From Laetmonice hystrix (Eukaryota): a stretch of DNA of 64,000 nt. Position 1 is the stretch's first letter. The number at the start of each line of letters is the position of its first letter. Made by a program: the position numbers and the translations under genes. Under the pieces are notes generated by a model. The model did no database searches, was not told the origin of the DNA, and worked only from the letters and a program-made list of their open reading frames with translations. Positions 49,283 through 61,584 of the stretch are shown piece by piece. Where the stretch lies: contig OZ249440.1 of the NCBI GenBank assembly GCA_965235115.1, positions 32,800,001 through 32,864,000 on the forward strand, written 5' to 3'.

Positions 49283-51805
49283 CGAGGGTTCCATGCCAAA
49301 AGGTCATAACTAGCATTTTTGGCCAAACACTGATTTTGAACGAGCCTGGTTCTTTAAACAATTCTGCTTTGTTTAATCCAGAGATGGGCTTTCTGCCTTA
49401 ATTAGAAGTAGAGTTATTGTTAAAAGAAGAAAAGCCTTATCTAGCCAAACACTAAAATCTATTTTGCCAAAAAATATTATGTAGTGATATGATGTTTTGT
49501 TTGCCACAGGTCATTTGCTAATTTGGAGTTTTCATCATACCTAAAAATCTTAACTGGAAAAATATTGTTTTGGAAGCCAAAGATTTGTCCAAAAAGGGAG
49601 TTGGCGGCATCGTCAAAAAGCATTAAGTAGATTTAGAGCATTTTGGGGGGAATTATAATTTAATGTGTTTCATAAGACGTGACCGGGAAAATGACACATG
49701 CTTGTTAACAACATTTTGGCAGTAACCCATATAAATAATAAAATAATGTAAAACTAGACCCCGTCGGAGTCACAGCCCCCAACTGAGTAGGAACAAATTT
49801 TCTGTGGGTCCAGGAACTATGTATACTTTTGGCACGCTTGTTACCCCTCATGCTTTCTGTCAGCAAGAACGAAATCCAGAAAATGTCAGAGTTATTGCTT
49901 CGAATTTCTTTATATCCAAGATGGCCACGAAGCAGCCATTTTTAATTATATGTTTGACCTGTATCCTCCCTATAGACTGTCCCTGGTTATTATGTAATGT
50001 TTCACACAAGATTAGATGCTGTTATCTTCAACTGGTTTGGAGGTACAGGCCATTAAAATATGCATGACCTTTCAAGGTCGCTCAAGGTCATGGAAAATGG
50101 CGCCAAATCAAACTTCATATATGACTTCCTATCTGTCAATAATAGTAACTATTGCCTTATATTGCACCGTTTTCGAGATATGAGCCAAAACAGTGTTATT
50201 GGGGGGGGGGATATTAATATGGCCGCCATGTCGCCATATTTGCTCTGATCTGGCAATGTATTGGCACACACATTGCCCCTCATATGCACCTTCTTTCCAC
50301 CAAATTTTAAAGACATCAGGATCGTTTTGTCTGAGGTATTGCTCCAAATGTGTTTATATCCAAGATGGCCACCACACGGCCATTTTGACTGATGTCAAAA
50401 ATATTATTGACCTGCATCTTCAACTGTTTTGAAGATCCAGGCTATTGAAAAAATGCATGACCTTGATTGACCTTTCAAGGTCGCTCACGGTCATGGAAAA
50501 TGGCGCCAAATGAAACTTCATAATTATATGACTTCCTAATCTATAAATAACACCTGACCTCAAATGACCTTGAAATGTCAACCCAAGGTCAAATATAATG
50601 GTGTCAAAAGATTCCTCATATATGACTTCCTATTCGCTCCCCATAGTAACTTTACCCACACCTCGCCTCATTGTCAAGTTATATGCCACTAAAGTCTAAT
50701 GACATTGCCAACAACACAAACATGGCTGCCGATCGGCCATATTGGATCCGAACTGAAAACAAAATGACGTGTATGTTTGCCCCATGAACCCCTATCGTTG
50801 TGCCAAGTTTGAATGAAAATGGTATTCTTTTTACAGAGATATGCCTGTATATGTCTATTTTGCCAATATGGCTGTCGAGCGGCCATCTTGGACGCACTCT
50901 TCAAAATCTTGATCATGGTGAATTGTAATATAAAACTCTCTTTGCATAATGCATCGTAGCACTAAAGGACTTGAAGAACACCATTTCTGACATAGTGATC
51001 CTTAATAAACACCTGACCTCAAATGACCTTGAAATGTCAACCCAAGGTCAAATATAATGGTGTCAAAAGATTCCTCATATATGACTTCCTATTCGCTCCC
51101 CATAGTAACTTTACCCACACCTCGCCCCATTGTCAAGTTATACGCCACTAAAGTCTAATGACATTGCCAACAACACAAACATGGCTGCCGATCGGCCATA
51201 TTGGATCCGAACTGAAAACAAAATGACGTGTATGTTTGCCCCATGAACCCCTATCGTTGTGCCAAGTTTGAATGAAAATGGTATTCTTTTAACAGAGATA
51301 TCGCTGTAAATGTGTATTTCACCAATATGGCTGCCAGGCGGCCATCTTGGATCGTATCAAAAAATCCTTTGACGTGCATCATGCCAGGATGGTACCTGAT
51401 CTTGTGTGCAAATATGAAAATGATTGTTCCGCACGTTTTTGAGATATCGCTGTTCACGGACGGACGGACGGACGGACGGACGGACAGACGGACGGACGGA
51501 CGGACGGACGGACGGACGGACGGACGGACGGACGGACGGACGGACAGAGGGTGAATCATAAGCCCCCAAAACCCGATGGGTTTGGGGGCTAATTATGCCA
51601 AAAGGACGTAAGTCAAATACATGGTTTTAAATTATATTTACATACATGTATATCAATTAGTAGTACTTTAAATCAAAATGCTTCACTAAAAGTTATGTTA
51701 AAGATTCAAAGTACAGATCCAAACAGAATAGAAAATATTAAGTTTTTCCTAATTTTCTCAAAACAACCAAAACCATAGTTAGGACCTTCTGGCATGGAAC
51801 CCTCG
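49283..51805. mobile_element. TIR element (Sola-like?), non-autonomous
   Basis: CAGT|CGAGGGTTCCATGCCAAAAGGTC...GACCTTCTGGCATGGAACCCTCG|CAAT; imperfect 4-bp TSD. Confidence 0.6.
49753..51592 (+). mobile_element. Non-autonomous Helentron/DINE-1-like element with core repeats, (GGAC)n and 3' hairpin
   Basis: TGACCTT-rich core, 459-bp-period internal duplication (50551/51010), (GGAC)n at ~51456-51547, terminal hairpin AGCCCCCAAAACCCGATGGGTTTGGGGGCT. Confidence 0.65.
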
Positions 51806-52804
51806 CAATATTCAGGAAAGTTAAAAAGTTGATGTCTCTGATTTTCTTTAAATTTTAACCACATATATGCCAGCCATATTTGGCCACCTCTGCAAAATTG
51901 CAGCATTTGCTTGAAAATTGAGTCTCTGGGGCCTCCAAATATGAGGTGGGGGGTTGTCAACAAAAGCACACCACATAATACCTGTAACTTTGAGGCTTTT
52001 CAGTTTAGAAGGCTGAAATTTGCTCTGCTTACAGACATTTTGGTGTAGAATAAGCCTACTAAAGATTGAAGAGATAATATGCAAGGGTCTTTGCAGCATA
52101 ATTTTCTGAAAATGGGGAAAAAATAAGTTTTAGTGTTTCCGAGTAGGGTTTTGCTAGCAATTTTCTCCATGTAAATATCTTCTTACAGTTACAGTATCCA
52201 TATTGCCACGTTTCTATTGTCAGACTTACTGGTAACTAATATGAGGGTCATCAGACATGAAAAGATTACCGGGTATATTTTTTAAATTATTAAACTCTAA
52301 ATTTCGAATTTTTACAAAATTACCAATTTTTGAGGGCAAAAATGAAGATGTGGACAGGTCCTATGGTCACCAAATTTGCACTGCATACAGTTCTTAGGCT
52401 TACTATCAACATACTAAAATTCTAGAATGGTGTTTTGTCTAGTTTAGGTTTTATTACAACTTGGAAATCACTATTTTCCTATATTCGTCCCAGCTTTTCA
52501 TAAGAGCAAAACATGCAAACACACTGTTTGCTGCACCAATAATAACCTTATTTCAACTAAAATTGGTCTAAATATGGTCTGACAATAGATACTTGGCAAT
52601 TTGGATACTGTAAGAAGAAATTTACATTGAGAAAATGACTAGTAAAACCCTATTCGGAAACAGTAAAACTTATTTTTTCACCATTTTCAGATAATTATGC
52701 TGCCAAGACCCTTTTATTCGCTACATGCACGGAATCGCCATTATGGGTCGAAAACGAGGCGCTCCTAGCAACGACGATGCTGTCGCTGTAGGCCTACAGT
52801 AAAC

Positions 52805-55293
52805 ATGGCGCACTGTTGTGTGCCGCACTGTCGGAACGATTCACGCTATTCACATGAAATCTCATTCCATGTGTTTCCAAAAGAAAAGAATGGATAATCA
52901 AAATGAGAAGGGACCCTGAGAAAGATTTCAAGGTCAGTATCAGTCGCAAATCAGTTCATTGACTGTCACACTCACAGCACGTGACGTGCCGATCGAGAGG
53001 CTGAACTGAAGTCGGCTTGGCGCTAACGTTAGGCCCCGCTCATTGACAAAATAGGGGGATTTTGGCTGATAAATATGGCTAATTGAGGTTCAGCTTGGAT
53101 CATAGGGGGGATCCCCCCAGCTCCCCTGGTTCTGACGCCTATCTCTACGTTAGGCCCATCTAGATCTATCCCGACCCCGGCAGTCTCTCTAACATTATAA
53201 CATTAACAGTCAAGATCACATTCTCACACCCTCAGGCTCAGTGTCGACTCTAAAGCCTGGGATACACGGGGCAACTCGTCGCATGCAACCGCGTTGCCTC
53301 AGGGGGAGGCGACGTGTCGCCCCAAAATCCAACATGTTGGATTTTGGGGCGACGCGTCGCCCCTCCCTCAGGCGAGGCGACACAGGCAGATACACGGGGC
53401 GACTGGTTGCATGCAACGCGTCGCATGCGACGAATTGCCCCGCGTATCCCGGGCTTAACGTTAGTAATAGTAGTCTAGAGTAGAGTACGAAAATGACTTA
53501 AGACCGGCCCTGTCTATAAAGCCATCCCCGTGAAATATTGAAGAATATTGGTATAATCTAGACTAGAGGTCAACATCTTAGTTTAAACCCCAGCATCTCA
53601 TAACAGAATGAGGCTGAGCTACAACTAAAATTGATTTCAGGAAATATCTTATAGCCTACCTATTATAGTACTATTAGGCAACCTATTAATGTTTCTATCT
53701 GGGCAAACAATTCATATAATCAGTAGATATGTTCAGGTTTGTCTATTTTGCATCCATAACCATATTATCTTTTTCCCCACTCAGATTTACTGCCACTGCT
53801 ACATATGAGAAGTTGGCCCAAGTTGCGAGGTCATCCTGTTTAAGCCAGATTATGATGTCATCAAGAGAACTTAGTCTTAGCACCATATCCATATTTATAA
53901 TCAATATAAATTACAGCAAAGCAATCTACATCATATTGATTATAATAATCAATATGATGTAGATTGCTTTGCTGTAACAAAGCATGAAGTGTTATATAGT
54001 TGGTAAGTAGTACAGTAAGTAACGCTAGTGAGTATACACATTTATTTACATTCTTTCCTTACTTCATTAGGTTAAACTTACGTTAGGATTAATTAGCTTC
54101 ACTTGGCATCCCACCAGCATGGTTATGTTTCGGCAGAACTATTGTCGGTGGTTCGAATCCACCCACATAGCAGGACTAAACTTCACTGACTAAGCATCCC
54201 ACCAGCCACATGTTTGTATTAATTATTGAATGTTTCGCTGAAACAGTTTTAAAATTAATTCACCTCATTATATTACATCTTAAAGTGCATCTCTCCTAGG
54301 TGTATAATAACTTAAGATTTACTTTTATATCCAAACAATATTTGCTTTCCTTAAGACTAAGAGCCAGAGTCTGTAACTATGAACCAGGCGGTGATACATC
54401 ATGTTCCCGTAAGCCGCTGAAGATTTTTGTGGGCGTAGATATATCATCCAAACTGACAAAAATTATCATTTTTATCAGAAGATCCCGTCGGGGGGGTGGG
54501 GGTGGATTACAGCCCTTTCTAGGGTAGGGGTGAAAAGGGTCAAAATAGTGACATAGTCAAAATCTGGACTTTGCCCACGAATATCTTGGTGCGCCCACAG
54601 TAAGCCTCCCTGATCTTATGGTATATGAATGTATGGGTCGAGTTCTTCCATAAGCATAATAATTTTCAAGGTAATTACTGAGTCTGAGGGCGCCGCCCAG
54701 AGGCGGCGCTTCAAATCATGACTTTTTGCATTTTGGGCTACTTTTGAAACCCTCCCATAGTCTAATGAGTAACGTTAGTATCTAGGTCAGTCCAGTGATT
54801 CCATGTCTATGGTTTGAGCACAAAATGTGACAAATAGTCACCAACCAGTTGCCGACGGTCAGGTTGCTCAACGTCTCCACACAGTGTGCGGCTGGCTAAT
54901 AAATAGTCTATACAAATGTAGTCATAGTACCACCGCGAGTTAGAAGCCTACTAGTACTAGGTACTAGCACTATTCTTAGATGGGCGTGGTAGACCTATAT
55001 AGTACGACTATGTTTAAATTGTTTAAATTAAGAATTGTATCCTTCATATTATCCATATTTTTAGATATGGAGGTCTAACGTTAGACTAGTTATGTAATTT
55101 TAAGGATTCTCTCTTTTATTTTCTATTATCAGATAAATAAATCAACAGTAGTGTGTTCAGCCCATTTTAACCAAGAGGACTTTCGGAGGACTTTGACTGG
55201 GAGACATGTTCTCAAGTCAGGCACTGTTCCAACCATTTTTGACTGGAGTGCTGAACCTTTGCCACGACGACGAAAAATAAAAAGATGTTTGGA
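52805..55293 (+). pseudogene. THAP domain, exons 52805-52932 and 55133-55293, frameshifted
   Basis: MAHCCVPHCRN...SFHVFPKEK /fs/ WIIKMRRD..DFK | INKSTVVCSAHF...LKSGTVPTIFDW; GT/AG sites present. Confidence 0.85.
53254..53455. mobile_element. Palindromic PIF/Harbinger MITE (202 bp)
   Basis: TAA|AGCCTGGGATACACGGGGCAA...TTGCCCCGCGTATCCCGGGCT|TAA; central palindrome around CCAACATGTTGG. Confidence 0.85.
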
Positions 55294-55579
55294 GTAAGTA
55301 TATTTTTCATTCATCTTGACTTTATATTTTTTTAGATTGAAATACCACAAAAAATACTGCAAATTTGTGTCAGAATTTTGAAATTTCCTACCTTTGACCA
55401 CAAATTTTTATTTTCGCCTGCTCATGTCTGTAAAGACAAGTGTAGGCCTAATTAAGGCTAAATTCAAGAACTGCAGAAGCTTATAATTTTTATAATTTCA
55501 GTCCATATCAGAAGATCAAACAACTGTGAGTCGAGAAGTGGATTGTGTGACTGCAACGGGGGCAAAACTTCCAGATTAT

Positions 55580-56150
55580 TACTTCAGTGAACGTATTTTT
55601 CACTGGACATTTAATTTCCAGCAGACCCCATGGAGGATTTTCCTTCGGATCATAGACCCTCCTGTGAGGAGAACATGCAAGGTGGACTGCTGAGGGGTTG
55701 ATTACCACACTGGATATATATTGACGTTTATATTGTTCGCATAGACCTTTGCTGCCATTGGCTCTGCTTCAAGGCCATGTATCATCGCAGCTGTTTGAAC
55801 TTGCCTTTTCTTAATTGTCATATCACTCGCTAAACTCTCAAAATTACTCATTCTCCCCGTTACTCCCGGCGTTAGTCGTTACTCTCTTAAAATTTGAGGC
55901 TGTCAGACGGTTTTCCCGCAAAACGTACCATTCCGGACATTGACTTCGACACCTTGTTAGTTTTTCAAACTCGCCGCTTTGTTCATGGGAGATATGTACG
56001 TAACCCTTCAAAGAAAGTCAGATCTTTCCCTTGTAATGGGCCACAGAAATGATGGGACAAGGGAAGAAGTTCAAATTCCGGAAGATCCGGGGCATCAATG
56101 GTGAGGATCCTACCATCGTCACTGATCACAGTGGTCTTGGCTTGATAAGA
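55580..56150 (-). pseudogene. YqaJ exonuclease remnant
   Basis: LTRCRSQCPEWYVLRENRLTASNFKR; AMIHGLEAEPMA; HLACSPHRRVYDP..WGLLEIKCP; several frameshifts. Confidence 0.85.
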
Positions 56151-58293
56151 AAAGTATAGAGCCATGTGGCACTCTACCAAACTGAGAGTCTGTTACTGGC
56201 TGTGTATTGTGATTAAAAAACCTTCAATCGGATGTGACATCCACGAGCATCAAATTTCACTGTATTTAATTATCAATATTATTATTGTTATTATTATTAG
56301 TATTATTAGTATTAGTATTATTATTAATTTGGAAATTAATATGATTACTGTAACGTTATTTAAATTCTATTCTAGGTGTCTAGAATAGATCCAACATTAT
56401 GCTTATGAGACGATATTGGTCAAACTGTAATTGTTTTGTAGCTAAATGAACATCGAATAGGAACCGTTACAACATTAAATGGGCGCTGACGTCCTTCTGT
56501 TTTGAATATTTTATTATCTGCTGTTGTTGATGCTGAAACCACAGATTAACATCGTCACACACTGTGAGTTCTCCACAAGTTAAAGATTTATAACACAAGT
56601 TGAAGATACAGATTCAGGATTATGTAGTATGAAATCTGGGACAAGTTGCAGCCTGTTTTACCCTTCTGAAAAACGTGGTATATGTGGCAAATTAATTTTA
56701 TGAGTCCTGGAAAATTCTCTCAAGTAGGCCTACTTGGGAATGTCTTGACAAATACTTGAAAATTGACGAGGAACAAGTGTGTGACCCATGGTCCAGGACA
56801 GCCCACAATCAAGACCCGACTAGGCCCCCTATTAATATTATACATAGGCTATCCCCCTAATCCCTATGCTATAAATATAATAACAAATTAATCCCATGCC
56901 ATGTGGGGACTCGATCCCTTTAGTCGAGGTTTTGAGCCCCCCCCCCCCCAAACCAAATTTGATGGAACCCCCCCCCCCACACACACACACACACACCATT
57001 TTCTAGATACGCCCCTGTAAATTATTGTTTACATTTGAGGGCAATATAAAAATCAATACTTTCAATATAGGTGACCTAATGTATTACAGATACAATGTAC
57101 TAAAAGAATATATAAAAAAAAGGTTGCCGCACGCGAACCGCGGCAGTCCCTGCACTTGGGCTTGGCAGATTGGCGCGGGGCCCGGGCGGTAGCGCTCGGA
57201 CTGGCCAGAGACGGAGTGCTGAGTGTGACACTGACAGATTACCAAAACTGCCTGTTTTAGATCACAATTCACATGGAAGGCGGGAAATTTGGCGCAAGGA
57301 ATACGTAGGCCTAACTGCTGAAAGTGGACTAGTCTACTCTAGAAGATCTAACTACTGCACTCACTGCGAAAAAAAGGAACGGCAGCACGTCCCTGGGCCT
57401 GGCCTGGGTATGGCCTGGTCTAATCTAGACTCACTAATGAGTGTAATGTCATGATGATAATGTTAGGCAGGAGTTTGAGTGCTTGAGTCCAGTAGGCTAG
57501 GCTAGGAAACTTTAATAGACCCAGACCTAGAACTGCCTGACAGTCTCATCATGCTGATTTGGATTTGGATGTTATTGTGCCCGCTGTTCAGGCTGCGGTC
57601 AGGTAGGTCGGTGAAGCCCCAGCACTGGCAGCAGCTGTAGCCTACCCCGGGCCGGCCTGCTCCGGCTCGCTCTGATTTGTCTAGATCGAGTTCTATTTTT
57701 TGCTCTAAACGCTATTATTGGAAAGTTCTCCCAATTTTTATTCGGCCTACCTGAAGTTCTGTGCATTTTGGACGTCAGCTGCTCTAATGTAGATTAGACT
57801 GAACTTCCAGTCTAACGTTAGCCTAGTTAGGTACCGGGGTACTTTTCTAGGACTAGGCCCCGGTACTATACGCTACCTTCAAAGTCGTGCACATAACTGC
57901 CAGCAAAAAACTTATACCCCTTCTGAATCTGAGTCGATGTTTTATGTGTTACACTTTGTTCTATTGCTATTTTCTCGATTATACTGTGGTTTATAATCGG
58001 TAGATCTTTAAGGTTTTTGGTCCAGACAGACGACATAGGGGCCTAGTGCCGGGTAACCGTACGTCTCTTAAGGGAAGCCTCGCTTTCGATTCCAGTCTTT
58101 CGACATGCCGCCATTAGACCGTGCAAAGGGCGAATATATCTCTTTAATCTTCTGTAGGCCTAGTGTACACCAAACTGTCTGTAAGCAGAGCAAATTTCAG
58201 CTTTCTAAACTGAAAAGTCTTAAAGTTACCGGTATTTAAAAACCTGTTCAGAATTAGTGGTGCGCTTTTGTCGACACCCCCCCCCCCCCTTAA

Positions 58294-58589
58294 CCCTTTT
58301 AGGGCGGACGATGCCTTGAGGCACTTTTTTGTCTACTCCGACCACTCCACGTAAATCCGGCCCATTGATAGCAAAGACTGTCAATCACCCAACTACAATT
58401 GTCGAGTAGCTGTACTAACGCCTCCCCCTTACATATTACGTTGATTGCTATTGTCTTTTAGACATTATGTGTCCCAAAATCACGTTTTTCGAGACGAAAA
58501 TCCAAAATGGCTCGCCCACGTGGGGTGGTGCACAAAACTGGGTCAGCCCCTGTGACGACTGTGACGTAACAAACGTCGCCGGCATAGGG
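58294..58589. mobile_element. piggyBac-like MITE
   Basis: TTAA|CCCT...AGGG|TTAT. It interrupts the inverted arm of the outer element. Confidence 0.55.
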
Positions 58590-58824
58590 TTATTATTTGA
58601 AGGCCTCAGAGACACAATTTTCTTGCAAATGCTTAGCAATTTTGCAGAGGTGGCCAAATATGTCTCTCATAATGTGGTTAAAATTGTCGGCAAAGAAAAT
58701 ATTGTCAAATGAAACTTCGTATGTACTTCGTCTGCATCTTAGTAACTACACAGTCATGTACAGTTTGATAGTGTTATCCGGCGTGAAGTGTTTTTTAGAT
58801 ACAGGCAATTGCAAATATGCTTGA

Positions 58825-59925
58825 GTTATTGCTTCGAATTTCTTTATATCCAAGATGGCCACCAAGCAACCATTTTTAATGATATGTTTGACCTGTGTCC
58901 TCCTTAGACTGTCCCTGGCACTGGCGGATCCAGGATTTCACTAAAGGGGGGGGCACAGAAAAGCAATTCATGATTGTTTGTATTAATTAAAGCTCATGCT
59001 CTTGAATGAGAGTTTTAGAGGTATAGGCCTACATAATATTAATAGCTCGGGGTTTCCCTGAGATACACCGTCAGTCTTAAAATTAATTCAAAATGAGTAG
59101 GATATAGCCGTGTATAGATTCTAGGCCTAATTAGCAAAGCTAAAAGGGAGGCACGTGCCCCCTGTGCCCCCCTCTGGATCCGCCTTTGCCTGGTTATTAG
59201 CCCCCACAACGGGAGGCAAATCGAGTTATTGCTCCAAATGTGTTTATATCCAAGATGGTCACCACGCGGCTATTTTGACTGATGTCAAAAATATCTTTGA
59301 CCTGCCTCATCCTTCGACTGTCCCTGATCATTATGTAATGTTGCATGCAAGATTATGTCGTTATCGTCAACTGTTTTACAGATCCAGGCTATTGAAAATA
59401 TGCATGACCTTGATTGACCTTTCAAGGTCGGTCAAGGTCATGGAAAATGGCGCCAAATGAAACTTCATGACTTCCTATCTATCAATAATAGTAACTATTA
59501 CGTCATCTTGCACCGTTTTCGAGATATAAGCCAAAACAGTGTCATTGCGGGGGTCAAGAAACAAATATGGCCGCCATGTGGCCACTTTGGATCTGAATTG
59601 AAATTACATTGCGTTGCATATTGTCCATGATTATGCGTCCTCCCTGCACCAGGGTTGAAAGAAATCGCGATTGTTTTGGTCGAGTTATTGCTCAAAATGT
59701 GTTTACATCCAAGATGGCCGCCAAGCGGCCATTTTGAATAATATCACAAATCTGTTTGACGTGCATCACACTCAGATCATCCCTGATCATTGTGTGAAGT
59801 TTCAAAGAAATCGGCCCATACACTTCTGAGAAATCTCTGTCTACGGACATACGCACGGACGTACGGACGGCGCAACAGACAGACGGACGGAGGGCGAATT
59901 ATAAGCCCCCCGTTGTGGGGGCTAA
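58825..59925 (+). mobile_element. Helentron/DINE-1-like element, second copy
   Basis: Homologous to 49890-50520; (GGAC/AGAC)n and hairpin AGCCCCCCGTTGTGGGGGCT at the end. Confidence 0.65.
58919..59188. mobile_element. MITE CACTGGCGGATCCAG...CTGGATCCGCCTTTG
   Basis: TIRs; CCTGG duplicated on both sides. The empty site GTCCCTGGTTATT is seen in the paralog at ~49980. Confidence 0.65.
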
Positions 59926-60383
59926 AAATGGCGAACAGGACCAAATTCTCGCTTCAGTTGATAAAATGGGCAAAAACCAGCCGTAATATATTACAGGAAG
60001 AGTGCATCACTTCCAACTGTGCACATCACTCCAACTCCAACAGGTGGGAAGGGAAGTAATCATGTATTTGTAGAGATATGAATCAGTGCCGTTTCTTTAT
60101 TTGAAGGGATTTGAATATTTCTCTATCCTCTCGCCAATGACCCTAGAACGACAGTGTATAAGGGAGAGACAAAGGCTAGCTTGAGACTAGCCATATAAAA
60201 CGCTCACAACTTTGTAAAAATGCTCACCTTTCAAGCCGTCTATATTTGTTTCTCATGCCCTGACCTTGGTCAGGTGCAGCAGAGGACAGACGACATGCAT
60301 GTAGGCTTCAGAGAGGGGAAGCCTCACAGTTTATTGTTTATCATGCCTGTCACTCATATTTGATGTAGAATCTTCAAACTTAC

Positions 60384-60529
60384 TTAAGTAACGTTTTCGA
60401 AGCTGTGACCTTGAACTGGAGGTCCAGAATAGATCCAGCTGCCACAGTTACTGTCGTCCATTTCTCGGCGTCAAGTAGACATTGCTCACTGAGGTAGAAA
60501 GATGATGGTACGTCTCCGCCTGGACAGAT
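60384..60529 (-). CDS. SEC14L2-like: SEC14-like protein exon (linker after CRAL-TRIO and start of GOLD)
   Basis: caacAG/GTaagt; 146 nt, phase 0 to 2; ICPGGDVPSSFYL...TTVTVAAGSILDLQFKVTASKTLLK|W, which parallels INYGGDIPRKYY...VLRW of vertebrate SEC14L2. Upstream exons were not found in the window. Confidence 0.88.
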
Positions 60530-61584
60530 CTGTTGACGATGAGTTTGACATGTAAAGTGGAGGTAGGTCAGTGGGGCAGTAGTACAGCAACCTGCCGAGG
60601 TCAGGAGTTATCATTACAACTGCCCTGTCCCATGGTAGTGTTCATTACAGACCGTCCAGTTGCGTCACTCATGCACATTTGTTTCTACTGGACTATTTTC
60701 CTGGTGTGCCTACGCTAATGTTGCACACTTCCCACAATACTGGCACAAACTGTGTAATGCAAATGGGCTGCCATGAATAAATTGGTCAAAACTTACCATT
60801 TTAATTAATTTAAAACACTTAAATGATCGTTAACACGCCCAATCTAACACACAAACTGAGGTTACGGAAAGGCAGGTCAGGTTGGCTTTCGGCAGGGTGC
60901 CCACTACAGGGAAAAATCAGGAAAAACAGGGAATTTTGAAAAAATGTGTAAAATCAGGGCAACTGCAGGCAATTTCACAAAAACATGTCAGGTAAAAATC
61001 AGGGAATTTTCAACCTGTTTTATAATATAACAAAATTACAGAACTGATGCTATATATAATGTGCATGATAAAAATTTAATAAAAAAACATTTCAATGAAA
61101 ACCTTTTTAATGACAAGCTTGTGAAGCTTATAGCCCCCACCAATACCTATCGATTCTTGAACAAACGATGCACGACTTCAATCAATCTTTGAATAGCAGA
61201 GAAAATACTGTCAAATGAAACTTCGTATGTACTTCGTCTGCATCTTAGTAACTAATACATTGCAATGCATAGTGCCCCTCATGTCTCTTGACAGCACCTT
61301 ATGTCTCTTGACGTTTGAAAGAAATCGACATTGTTTTGTCTGTGTTATTGCTTGAAATGTGGTTACCTATAATAAGATAGTTGCAATGCGCCATTTTGAG
61401 TGATATCACAACTCTACTTGACATGCATCATCCTCAGACCGTCCATGATAATTGTGTAATGCGTATCTTTAATGTTTTGGAGATACAGGCCATTGCAAAT
61501 AATAATGCAAGATACAAGTCATTTAAAAGGTGTCCGACCTTGAAGGACATTTGACCTTCACTTGAGGTAAAAGAAAATGCCAAA

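Larger units (their letters stand above)
52718..58133. mobile_element. Second ISL2EU-like element, internally deleted (THAP and YqaJ remnants, no DDE)
   Basis: AT|TCGCTACATGCACGG...CCGTGCAAAGGGCGA|AT. The flanks rejoin into the inverted copy of ~51985-52200. Confidence 0.8.
49255..58686. mobile_element. Outer long-inverted-repeat (fold-back) DNA element, fragmented by nested insertions, right end truncated
   Basis: Starts AGGGTCATTCCGTGTCAAATCAACC. Arm ~51850-52200 is inverted in three pieces: 52600-52717, 58136-58290 and 58594-58686. Confidence 0.6.

Noticed and set aside
51251..51569. PSVR/RTDG repeat proteins
   Set aside because: Translation of a (GGAC)n microsatellite.
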